Below, one piece after another: positions 9,856 to 21,079 of a DNA stretch of 64,000 bases. Origin of the DNA: Octopus vulgaris (lineage: Eukaryota); contig OX597833.1 in assembly GCA_951406725.2 (NCBI GenBank), forward strand, positions 29,884,001 to 29,948,000, in the 5' to 3' direction. Below the pieces are notes generated by a model. It saw nothing but the letters and a program-made list of their open reading frames with translations. It ran no database searches and was not told the origin of the DNA. The stretch's first letter is position 1; each line of letters opens with the position of its first letter. The position numbers and the translations under genes are program-made.

Positions 9856-12183
9856 TTATTGCTTATTTAGCTTGGGTTCGAATTTATCAATAAAATTCTT
9901 TTCTCTGATTTTCCTCTCGATTTCACTTGGGCTGTGTAATTTGTAGAATGGAAATATTATATATATTTTCCGACCACATGTTGCTAGGTGGTTACTCAAA
10001 GGTATCTGACGGACCTCTGGGTCTCTAATCTGTTGCCGGTGTACACGTGAGCGTTCTAATAGTGCGTTTCCCGTCTGACCTACATATATTTCTTCACAAT
10101 TTGGGCATTTGATGCAGTAAATTAAATTTCTGCTTTTGCAGTTCATATTCGCGTTTGTGAATATTTTCCCGGTTTTTGTGTTTATATATTGACCGGTATG
10201 TATGAATTGGCATGTGCCACATCGGCTATCATTGCATTTAGATACCGTGAATGTTTGGTCTTTGTTGCTGAGGTCAAATTTTGCCTTTGTTAGTAATGTT
10301 TTCAAGTTTTTAGGCTGTCTTTTACTAAGCACCATAGCTCGATCCTTGATTATGTCTTTTAATTCATTACTTTGGGCAATGATTGGTAGGTTTGCTTTGG
10401 CAATGTTGAAGATATTCTGGTGACATGGGTTGTGTGTCACTATGAATGGTATGACTTGTTCTTGTTTTCCTCTTCCTTGGGTTGTCCTAAGTTGTTGTAT
10501 AGGTATTTTTATAGCCCGCTGTATGCCATTTTCTATAAGTAGAGATGGGTATTTTTGTTTGAGCAAAAATTCTCTTAGTTCTATTAGGCGTTTGTTCCTG
10601 ATATTTGCATCTTCTACAATAGTACAAATTCTTCTGGCTAGGCAGTATGGGATGTTACGTTTTGTATGTGGTGGATGGCACGACTTAAAATTTAGGTATT
10701 GATGTGTGTCTGTGTGTTTATAGTATATATCTGTGGTGATGGTGGTGTCTTTTTTAATTACCATTATATCCAGGAATGGTAATTTGGTACTACTCATCTC
10801 CTTTGTAAATTTGAGAGATGGGTGTAGGTTGTTCAGGAGGATATTGAACTCTTCCAGAGTATTTAGAGATTCTGTCCAGATTATGAAACAGTCGTCTAGG
10901 TATCTCTTCCATGCCTTTTCAATATACTTTCTAAATTCAGTGCCATAGTTTACCTCCACCTCTTGGTAGAGTTGTTCTTCTAAGTATCCCATTACAGAGT
11001 TGGCGTAAACGGGAGCAAACCTCGTTCCCATCGCCGTGCCTCTAATTTGGATGTAATTCTTTCCATTGAAGAAGAATGTGTTATTTTCTAGAATAAGTTT
11101 GACTGTGTCTAATATAAATGGCACTGTGAATCTGCTGGGAATCACTTCTCTATGTTTTTCTAACCAGTATTTAATCGCCTTTATTCCTAAATCGTGTGGA
11201 ATATTGGTGTAGAGGCTTACCACATCAAAACTTAGCAAAACTGAATTTGTTTCTGTTGTTTTGGGAAGATGGGACAGGAAGTCGATGTCATCCCTGATGA
11301 AACTTAGTATGTAAGTACATAGTGGTTTCAAAACAATGTCAATAAAATTGCTTAGACGGTGTGTAGGGCATGCTGGACCAGCTATAATAGGTCTAAGTTT
11401 TAGGTCTTTTGGATGTAATAATTTTATGTACTCACTTTCTTGTTCTTTTACTGCCTGTTGAATGTTTTTTGATTTGTGTATTTTTGGTAAGCCGTAGAAG
11501 TTGCTGGGTTTTGGTTCAAAATTGGTGATGTAGTCTTTTTCATTATCCGTAAGTGAGTTGTGGTGTGTTGAAATCAGGTTGTTGATCTTTTTCATGATGT
11601 GGTGGTCTATATTTGCGGGTATTTCACAATAGAAGGTTGTATCCTTCAGTTGGTCTTCAACCAAATCCTTATAGTATTCGGTATCCATAATAACAATTGC
11701 ACCACCTTTATCTGCTTGTTTAATTATTATTGTTTGATCGTTTTGTATACGTTTACATGCAGACATCTCTGATTTGCTAATGTTTGGCCTAACATTGGTA
11801 TTGCGTCTAAGGGGAAATTTAGACAGGATATCAATGTATTGGTCAAGGTAGTTATTTCTTCCTTTTGGTGGGGTGAAATTTGATTTATTCCTTACTAGGG
11901 ATTCATCAATCTCATTACTTTTGTTAGCGAAGAATTCTACAAGTCGTAATTTTCGACAGAATTTTTGGATATCCTCCTTTAATTCTTGGTGGTTGGCTGT
12001 TGGTGTAGGTGTGAATTTCAGTCCTTTTGACAGAAGTTGGATTTCATCATTGTCAAGATCTCTTTTTGATAAATTAATTATTTTAGGATCTATACGTTCA
12101 GTTGTTTGGGGTATGTTTCCTCTTGGATTTTTTCTTTCTCCGGTGTTTGTTGTCCTGACGTAAAAAAATGGATTTTTTTCTGG
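9856..12183 (-). CDS. Penelope RT + GIY-YIG endonuclease; frame open for 775 codons, first ATG only at 11766
   Basis: IINLSKR...LLSKGLKFTPTP (upstream of the ATG), ADKGGAIVIMD, FYGLPKIHK, FDVVSLYTNIP, GTAMG, RYLDD, LPFLDI, CNDSRCGTC linker zinc motif, NLIYCIKCPNCEEIYVGQT; no internal stop. Confidence 0.95.
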   Translation of the reverse strand, partial: PEKNPFFYVRTTNTGERKNPRGNIPQTTERIDPKIINLSKRDLDNDEIQLLSKGLKFTPTPTANHQELKEDIQKFCRKLRLVEFFANKSNEIDESLVRNKSNFTPPKGRNNYLDQYIDILSKFPLRRNTNVRPNISKSEMSACKRIQNDQTIIIKQADKGGAIVIMDTEYYKDLVEDQLKDTTFYCEIPANIDHHIMKKINNLISTHHNSLTDNEKDYITNFEPKPSNFYGLPKIHKSKNIQQAVKEQESEYIKLLHPKDLKLRPIIAGPACPTHRLSNFIDIVLKPLCTYILSFIRDDIDFLSHLPKTTETNSVLLSFDVVSLYTNIPHDLGIKAIKYWLEKHREVIPSRFTVPFILDTVKLILENNTFFFNGKNYIQIRGTAMGTRFAPVYANSVMGYLEEQLYQEVEVNYGTEFRKYIEKAWKRYLDDCFIIWTESLNTLEEFNILLNNLHPSLKFTKEMSSTKLPFLDIMVIKKDTTITTDIYYKHTDTHQYLNFKSCHPPHTKRNIPYCLARRICTIVEDANIRNKRLIELREFLLKQKYPSLLIENGIQRAIKIPIQQLRTTQGRGKQEQVIPFIVTHNPCHQNIFNIAKANLPIIAQSNELKDIIKDRAMVLSKRQPKNLKTLLTKAKFDLSNKDQTFTVSKCNDSRCGTCQFIHTGQYINTKTGKIFTNANMNCKSRNLIYCIKCPNCEEIYVGQTGNALLERSRVHRQQIRDPEVRQIPLSNHLATCGRKIYIIFPFYKLHSPSEIERKIREKNFIDKFEPKLNKQ

Positions 12184-13383
12184 TTATGATTTATATTCCT
12201 GTTGATGTTTGCTTGATGAATTTTGCGTTTTGGTTGTGGTACTTTACTTGGTTTCGTTATGTTTTCTGTCTTGTTTTTGGTATTATGTATGCTACTTTTC
12301 AATTTCTTGTTAGCATTGTTTTTAACCACCTGGAGAAATGATCTGGGTTTACTTCTAGATCTAGATCGGTTTTTTGTCCAGTTTCTTGTGGGTAATCTCT
12401 GTTGAGGTCTTGAAAATGATCTCCTGTTATTTCTACTGCTAATGGTCTGTTCAAAACAATATCTATTTTGTTTGTGCTTTTTGTTCATGTTGTGTGCATT
12501 AGGGTGTTTGCATACAAAATGGGAAGAGTTCTTACCGTAGTTCGTCTTCGATTCGTGGTGAAACGGGTGTTCATGTTGCCACGTGTTCTGGTGTATGTTG
12601 CGTTGGTGAGGTTGTCCACTTTTAATGCTATTTCTCGGAGTTCTGGTGTCTTTACCGTAATTTGTAGCATATTTGTCGAGAAATAATTGTTTCCGCTGCC
12701 AAAACTTTCTTGATCTGCTTTCTTCTTTTGAGATATCTCTGATCCATAGTTCTCGCATTTTTTCTGCTATATTGCCGGTCGTTAGTTTGGATATTTCATC
12801 TCTGATTTGATCATCGATAGCTTCGTATTTGGCTTTGTAGCGGGATTGTTTAGACAGGGTAATGGAGATGTCGGTCCTGAATTTTATCAAACTAAGGTCC
12901 CATCGAAGTTTAGTTTCTTCCTCTGGTTCTCCTGCAATTTCTTTAATTAGGTACTTCCGAGGAAGTATGGGTGCCGCAAAAAGATATCCATTTCGAATGT
13001 ATTTCAGCATATTTTTCGCATTTATATGCCTTCCAGAAGTTTTGTTTTCTTATGTTAAGGAGTTTTTTCCATGTCTTCTGTATCTCTTCTCTTTTTCGGT
13101 GTGCCTCTTTTTCCAGATTTCCTTCGTTTATTTCTGACATCCAAGGAGGTTGTGGTAGGCTTTCTCTTGTAGATTTTATAATTGTTGGTATCATTTCAGC
13201 TAAATTCTTAATTTCAGAGTTTATGTGTTCATTTCCAAGTTTTCCGTCTGTAGACTGTTTTTCTATTTCCTTTAAAATAGAGGATTGTGTGTCAATCATC
13301 GTGATGAGTGTTGATAATTTCGATGAAATTTCCATTAGAATTCTTTCGGATTCTGTTAATTTTGTTTGTTGCTTTCCAGACAT
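12090..13383 (-). CDS. Penelope ORF1 (coiled-coil N-terminus, basic RS/K/N-rich C-terminus), split by a 1-nt frameshift near 12980
   Basis: Overlapping ORFs 12943-13383 and 12090-13010 join as ...KWISFAAPILPRKY... if one T is removed from a T5 run. Lies between the 5' pLTR and the RT frame. Confidence 0.7.
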
Positions 13384-13452
13384 GTTGGCATATACACAAT
13401 AGGAATATAGATATATATATATATGGGTGTGTGTGATTGTGTATAGAAGAAT

Positions 13453-13637
13453 ATATTAATAAAAAGAATTCCAACCTTGTCTGATTTTCACGTTTTATTT
13501 ACAATCTTATAATGATATATTATAAGATAATATATTATAATTGAATAAAATAAAATGAAATAGTAGAATGTTAAATATTCATTCTGATTGAACTAGTACT
13601 TTCATGCATTGAATTCTGCAATCTTCGGGTTCATGTA
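13453..13637 (-). repeat. Penelope 5' pseudo-LTR
   Basis: Direct repeat of 9181-9365. Confidence 0.93.
13589..13633 (-). ncRNA. Minimal type I hammerhead ribozyme motif (5' pLTR)
   Basis: Same sequence as 9317-9361. Confidence 0.75.
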
Positions 13638-13809
13638 CGTGCAGAGATCAACTGCAACCTTCGTCGACGTAACAGACGGAGTGCCAATGTCTGTGGGGTA
13701 CTCAGCCACTTCTATGTTAAGTTCCGTTGATCGAGGTCAACTGCATGTGGTTTGTGGGGTCAACCGCGTCCTCCACTCCATTTTTTGAAAATCACTCATT
13801 CTCATTTAA

Positions 13810-14315
13810 TCTACATATATAAAACTGTAGTTGTGTGAGTGTCTGTCCCCTTCGATTTAGATTCCTAACTCCTCCCACATTTTGCGGTGCAGTTTAACCA
13901 AATTCGGGTATCTTATAGTCGTGATTCATATCGAGCCCTTCTGGGTATTAGCACGCGTCTACGATGAGTCTACGATTTTAAAAATAATTTAACATCATTT
14001 TTTATTCCATTTTAATGCATAATTTTTCGTGTGTCGATGGTGGCGGAGTTGGCGTCCATGCTCAAACACCTGCACCTGTGTTTGCTTCTTCCCCCCTCGT
14101 GAAGCTGTGGGGAAGGGAGTGTAAGGAAATCAACGTCGTAAAGCGTTGTCAAGGAGACCAGCGTTCTTTTAGAACAACGACTTCATGGCTTGAAGACACC
14201 AAAACAGAAATGGCTAAGAAAGCCCGAATTGGCATCTATAAGGAAGTAACTCTCTAAAAATGCTTACATAGTTATTTCCCTTACAAACCCGAGCAACGCC
14301 GGGCGATACTGCTAG
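13810..14315 (+). mobile_element. Non-autonomous Helitron
   Basis: 5' TCTACATATATAAA, 3' hairpin CCCGAGCAACGCCGGG followed by CTAG, inserted between A and T with no TSD. Body shared with 26128-26510. Confidence 0.85.
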
Positions 14316-14963
14316 TTGTATATATTTTAATTGTTTGTTTATTCATACATTTCGTCTCATTCGATCCCCTAACCCCAATGTTTGTTTTGTCTGTCCTCGT
14401 ATCGTCCCCTTTTTTCTCAACCTCATGGTCAATAAAGAAAATGGCTGTAATAAATGCAACAACGGCAAAGATAGACGCAACGCGGAATTGTAAGGGAGAG
14501 CGCCCATTTCTTGGAAGGGTGAATGCTGGTGGTTGGTATAGCTTGGAAAATAAAGGCACAACAAGAAGAGCAAGGAGAAGAGGAAGAAAGAAGTGAATTG
14601 TGATCAAGGAGAGGGATGCTGATGATAATGATGATGATGAAAAACAAACAACAGGCAAAAAGTAAGATGTCACGACAAGAAGCAGCAGATGAGCGATAGA
14701 GACAATGGGAAAATCAACAAAGAGCAACAAGAGAAACACGTGACGGGTGGTAGGGGTGGGGGGTGGAGGGGGTGTTTTAAGAATGGAAGATGCAAAAGTA
14801 GAACGACGAGGAAATACTTCGATGGTTGAAACAATGGCAGTAGTTGTAGGGAGTGGAAACGGGGGGGGACGGGAAGGAAGGGAACACACGACACCAAACA
14901 ACAACAACAGAAAGAGCGGCAATGGCTACGAGAGCGACGACAGCAGACGCAGCAAGAACGTCA

Positions 14964-15434
14964 GTAATCCTTTCTGCTAAAGGCACAAGGCCTGCAATAT
15001 GGGGTGGGGTGGGGTGGGGGAGGAGATTATATCGATCCCCCGCCCCCTCCCCTCCAGTGTTCCACTGGTACTTAATTTATCGACCCCGAAAGGATGAAGG
15101 GCAAAGTCGACCTCAGCGGAATTTTGAACTCAGAACTTAGCGACGGGTGAAAAACCGCTAAGCGCCTCGCCCAGCGTGCTAACGATTCAGCCAGCTCCCC
15201 ACCTTGATAATAATAATAATAATAATAATAATGATAATAATAATGATAATAATAATAATAATGGTAATAATAATAATAATGATAATAATAATAATAATGG
15301 TAATAATAATAATAATAATGATAATAATAATAATAATAATAATAATGGTAATAATAATAATAATGATAATAATAATAATAATAATAATGATAATAATAAT
15401 AATAATGATAATAATAATAATAATAATAATAATA

Positions 15435-15471
<37 letters not shown>

Positions 15472-16278
15472 TAATAATAATCATAATGATAATAATAATA
15501 ATGGTTTCAAATTTTGCCACAAGGGCAGCAATTTTAGAGGAATGGAGTAGGTGGATATCATTTACCCCGGGTGCTCCACAGGTACTTATTTAATTGACCC
15601 CGAAAGGATGAAAAGTGAAGCCGGCTTCGGTAGAATTTGAACTCAGAACAAAGACGGACGATCCTTACTGCTACAGGTACAATGCCTGAAATTTGTGGGT
15701 AGGGGTCTAGTTGATTACATCGACCCTAGTGGGTCACTGGTACTCATTTCATTGACCCCGAAAGGATGAGAGGTAAAGTCGGCCTCGGTGGAAATTGATC
15801 TCAGTGTTTTGCTCAACGTGCTAACGATTCAAATTTATTTACTGCCCACAAGGGGCTAAACATAGAGGGGACAAACAAGGACAGACAAAGGGATTAAATC
15901 CATTACATCGACCCCAGTGCGTAACTGGTACTTAATTTATCGACCCCGAAAGGATGAAAGGCAAAGTCGACCTCGGCGGAATTTGAACTCAGAACGCAGC
16001 GGCGGACGAAATACCACAAAGCATTTCGCCCGGCGCGCTAACGTTTCTTATTTCTTTACTGCCCACAAGGGGCTAAACATAGAGGGGACAAATAAGGACA
16101 GACAAAGGGATTAAGTCGATTACATCGAACCCAGTGCGTAACTGGTACTTAATTTATCAACCCCGAAAGGATGAAAGGCAAAGTCGACCTAAGCGGAATT
16201 TGAACTCAGAACGTAGCGACGGACGAAATACGGCTACGAATTTCGCCCGGCGTGCTAACGTTTCTGCCAGCTCGCCGC
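14964..16278 (-). mobile_element. Cluster of about six tandem tRNA-derived SINE copies
   Basis: Repeated tggtacttaatttatcgaccccgaaaggatgaaaggcaaagtcgacc...gaatttgaactc. Minus strand shows A-box-like TGGCAGAAACG and B-box GTTCAAATTCC. Further copies at ~49210-49420, 53060-53370 and 54290-54505. Confidence 0.8.
15207..15503. repeat. (AAT)n microsatellite with GAT/GGT variants
   Basis: Direct observation. Confidence 0.97.
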
Positions 16279-16874
16279 ATAAATAGCAGCAATTGTTACA
16301 ATGTGAAATAATGGGAGAACGCCCAACAGTGCAAGCAGCTCGAAACACACAACGGCAGGAGTTGCAAAGTAGTATCAATGTAAAATAATGAGGAACGCAC
16401 AATAAGTAGAAGCAGAAACGACAAAAATGAGCTTAGAAACTTCTCATCTGACACCTATTTCTTGGAGAATAGAACCATGCAGTTCATGCACAATGGAAAA
16501 GAGAGAAAAAAGCGTCGAGATTACACAAAGAAGACGAGCAGTAACAAGCACGGGAGTTTGCAGTAAGTAATGAGAAAGGATTACTTTAATTGCCAGAGTG
16601 GCGTCGGGGGCGGCGGGGAGTCTATTGTAGGTGCCGCGCAAAAACAATGCGATTACACACAGCGCCGACATCAATGACAACAACTACAACTGCAAGAGGG
16701 AGAGACGTTTAATGACAACTGCAGAAATGACAATTGCAGGAAAAAATGAACGCGATTAATTGTGACGAATGCAAACTTTTAAAATGGCGTCGGTGTTAAG
16801 AGAAGAGCAGACATTTTTGAAACAATGTGAAAACGTAATAAATATGGTGGAAAATAAATAACACTACGGTAATC

Positions 16875-16875
<1 letters not shown>

Positions 16876-16933
<58 letters not shown>

Positions 16934-16986
16934 GTGTGTGTATATGTATGTATATATATTTATATATATATATATACATATATATG

Positions 16987-17035
<49 letters not shown>

Positions 17036-17038
17036 CTA

Positions 17039-17087
<49 letters not shown>

Positions 17088-17407
17088 GTATGTATATATA
17101 TATATATATATATGTATGTATATATATATATATATGTATGTATATATATATATATGAGAGAGGACACTGTGTTAATATATAGCTATATACATTCATACAT
17201 ATACATACATATATATATCTCGATGTGATGTATGTATGATCTATATATATTTATATATTTGACATCAATGACTATATGATTCATATACACACACATATAC
17301 ATAGCTACGCACACACACACTCAAATACAGATATACATAGTTGTGCATATGCAGGCATACATACGTTTGTTTGTGTGTGTGTATATATATATATGCATAC
17401 ATGTGTG

Positions 17408-17449
<42 letters not shown>

Positions 17450-17650
17450 TACATGTATGTATGTGTATATATATATATGCATACATGTTTATGTGTATAT
17501 ATATATATGTGCATACGTGTGTATGTATATATATGCATATATATATGTGTACATACGTGTGTATGTATATATGCACACATGTGTGTATGTATATATATAT
17601 ATATATATATATATGCATACATGTGTGAATGTATGTGTGTATATATATAG
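16876..17650. repeat. (TA)n/(TG)n compound microsatellite
   Basis: Direct observation. Confidence 0.95.
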
Positions 17651-18088
17651 AAAGAGAAGGAGAGAGAGAGATACAGATATAAATTGATTTTTGTCTATAT
17701 ACATAATTATATAGCTGGTTCCACTGGTACTTAATTTATCGACCCCGAAAGGATGAAGGGCAAAGTCGACCTCAGCGGAATTTTGAACTCAGAACTTAGC
17801 GACGTTTATGTAAATGTGTGTGTATATATACATATATATATAAATATAGCTAGATAAACACACACAGACACACGCGTGTGTGTGTGTGCAGATGTGCGTG
17901 TGTGTGTGTACGTGTGTCTTTGTGCCTCCAAAGACAATAGCAATACGAAAAGAGGAAACCGCTTCGTATCGTTTATTGCATTGTGTGAGAGAAGAGGGGA
18001 AAAACAAAGCGAGATTCCTTCCTGTAAATTCCTGTAAATTACTTTGTCTAACCGTTGTTACACAATATATATATATATATATATATAT

Positions 18089-18438
18089 AAGTAGAACGAC
18101 GAGGAAATACTTCGATGGTTGAAACAATGGCAGTAGTTGTAGGGAGTGGAAACGGGGGGGGACGGGAAGGAAGGGAACACACGACACCAAACAACAACAA
18201 CAGAAAGAGCGGCAATGGCTACGAGAGCGACGACAGCAGACGCAGCAAGAACGTCAGTAATCCTTTCTGCTAAAGGCACAAGGCCTGCAATATGGGGTGG
18301 GGGGGGGGGGGGGGGAGGAGATTATATCGATCCCCCGCCCCCTCCCCTCCAGTGTTCCACTGGTACTTAATTTATCGACCCCGAAAGGATGAAGGGCAAA
18401 GTCGACCTCAGCGGAATTTTGAACTCAGAACTTAGCGA
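18089..18438 (+). repeat. Direct duplication of 14796-15143
   Basis: Identical except for a G-run; 17718-17804 likewise copies 15059-15145. Confidence 0.92.
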
Positions 18439-18534
18439 GTTATCTATAATTGATACTGCAACATGGACATAATGGTAATAATAATAATAATAATGATAAT
18501 AATAATAATAATAATGGTAATAATAATAATAATG

Positions 18535-18754
<220 letters not shown>

Positions 18755-18806
18755 CATACATACACATACACACACACACACACTCACACATGCAAAGTGA
18801 TATATA

Positions 18807-20040
18807 TTAGGTTGGCAACTAAGTTCCTACTGTTTTTTAAATTTAAATTTTTTTAAAGATTTAATAAAAAATAACAACTAATTAATCAATAATGTATTCA
18901 CCCTTGTTTTTTACAACTTCTCAATGTTCAACAAGATTTTCAATACCTCGTTAGAAGAAATCACCCGATTTCGATTTGAAAAGTTGATCCAACCAAGCTC
19001 TCAGTTCTGCATAAGTATTGAATGAAACTTTGCGCATAGCATTTGAAAGAGATTGAATAAGGTGGAAACCCATTGGTGCCAAAACAGGAGAGTATGGCAG
19101 GTGTGGCATCACTTCCCAGCCATGCATTTGAATGGCTTCCTTGGTCATATTGGCGATATGAGGGTGGGTGTTGTCATGCAGCAGAAGAACTCCATGCTGC
19201 CGATTAGGTATTTTCTTTTGAATAGCCATGTTGAGTCGTTCCATCTGTTGAACATAGAGTTCCGCATTGACCGTTTGGTTCTGTTCAAGCAGTTCGTAAT
19301 GGATAATCCTTTCCCAGTCCCACCATGTGCACGACATCGTTTTACGCAGATGAAGATCTTGTTTCGCGTGCGGTGTCGCTTGTTTACCGGGGCTAAACCA
19401 TTCCTTATGCTGCTTCATATTGATGTGCAAGCACCATTTTTCGTTGCCTGTAACGATTTGGTAAAGAAATCGTTGCTTGTGTCCATGAGTTGAGCGGTGA
19501 CGAGCAAGCAAACCAAGTGGAGATTGTGGCTCGTTGAATTTTGTTGTTGGCACTTAAAGCATGCGGAACCCATGCTCCATACTTCTGAACCTTTCCCATT
19601 GAGTGAAGATGCTTCTCTATATCAGGGTGAGAGCATTCCATTTTCTCTGCCAGTACCCAGTCATTTGATGAGAATTTTTGTGCAAAAGTTGGTTTAATTG
19701 CTCTTCATCGAACTCAACTGGACAGCGTCTTTGAGGTAAAAAATTTCCATTTTTGAACTTGGCATACCAATCACGAGCAGTTCTTTCAGCTATGGCACCC
19801 TCTCCATACAAAGCACGAATGTCGCGAGCAGCTTTTGCAGCCCGAGAATCTTGATTAAAAGCAAAAAGGTGGTGTCGAAAATGCTCGTTTTTCTTAACTT
19901 GACATTCCATTTTAATGATCTGAATATAAATAAAAATTAACTAAAATTAGCTAGAATAAAAGCAAAATAGATTCCAAAATTTAAAACCGCAATAAATTCC
20001 AAAATTTTTTTAAATGGCAGGAACTTAGTTGCCAACCTAA
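18807..20040 (-). mobile_element. Full-length but defective mariner (DD34D family) element
   Basis: TIR TTAGGTTGGCAACTAAGTTCCT at both ends with TA TSD. Frameshifted transposase (19910->18951): MECQVKKNEHFRH, WVPHAL, IVTGNEKW, LLHDN, PYSPVLAPMGFHL; first and third catalytic Asp altered. Confidence 0.93.
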
Positions 20041-20503
20041 TATATTATATTATGCATATATATGTGTGTATATACACACATATATTTTGCCTTAATTCAT
20101 TTACGGAGTTAAAATTTCAAATATGCTAGTTTAGTTGTAGGAATCAAGGGTTTTCTGATTTTTTTTATTTACTCAAGTAGAAAAATGTTCCATTGTATTT
20201 CTTGACAACAGAGTTATCTATAATTGATACTGCAACATGGACATAAAAATATGCAGTATTTAGTGTCAAATGTACTTTTTCTTTCACCAGCCAGCAATTG
20301 ATGACTTCTTTGAACTTATAAAGATCTCTCTCAATATTTAACTATGTAATTCAGAAACAAAGGAAGATATTGTTTTTAATGTCAAAGGGCCTCACAGGGT
20401 TATCTAAGAGAGAGAGAGAGAGAGAGAGAAAGAGATTTATTAATATACCTACAGTAAGAAAGTTATGTTCATATATATGTGTGTGAATATCCTTTACTTT
20501 TAT

Positions 20504-20579
<76 letters not shown>

Positions 20580-20649
20580 TATTGTTATATTTTGGAATGG
20601 TCATTTTGCCAGGGTGTTATTTTGCTTCAATGTTATTTATTTTTTTACA

Positions 20650-21079
20650 TTAATCTTAATCTTATTTCGGCCAGAGTTCTTTCGTCACACTCCTGTGACC
20701 GCATCAGTGGTCCTTTGTTTTCTTCTTTCTTATTTGTGTGTCTCTCCTTACTAAACGTCAGCCATTTTGTATGTCTTCATTTGCGCATGCTTATATCTCT
20801 ATGTGCGTCTATGTTTAGTTAGTGTGTGGGGGGGGGTGCCTATAATATTTGTATCTTCTGTTTATATACGTTCATGTAATTTGTTTTTCTTGTTGTTGTT
20901 TTTGTTTATTCTTATTTTGTTCATGTATTTACATCCACTTATTATTATTATCATTACGTATGCTTGTATGTATGTATAACAAGGAGAGACACAAATGAGA
21001 AAGAAGAAAACAAAGGACCACTGATGCGGTCACAGGAGTGTGACAAAAGAACTCTGACTGAAATAAAATTAAGATTAAT
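20650..21079. repeat. About 100-bp inverted repeats (20650-20750 / 20981-21079) with a degenerate hammerhead-like motif; probable Penelope pLTR relic
   Basis: Arms are imperfect reverse complements. Left arm minus strand reads CCA-CTGATGC-gGTCAC aggagt GTGAC-GAAA-GAAC-TC-TGG. Confidence 0.6.

Larger units (their letters stand above)
9181..13637 (-). mobile_element. Penelope-like retroelement (Neptune-type), near full length with two pseudo-LTRs
   Basis: RT + C-terminal GIY-YIG ORF, upstream ORF1, and identical 185-bp direct repeats at 9181-9365 and 13453-13637; the 3' end abuts (TA)n. Confidence 0.95.

Noticed and set aside
14281-14986. 213-aa hydrophobic/proline-rich minus-strand ORF
   Set aside because: Derived from low-complexity purine-rich sequence and runs into a Helitron end; no recognisable domain.
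15176-15593. Poly-N / poly-I ORFs
   Set aside because: Frames of the (AAT)n microsatellite.
16160-16278. tRNA-like A and B boxes as a tRNA gene
   Set aside because: Head of a multicopy SINE; no complete cloverleaf.
16780-16862. AAAATGGCG start with short [20 protein letters not shown] as a possible first exon
   Set aside because: Only 25 codons, weak splice donor, no other support.
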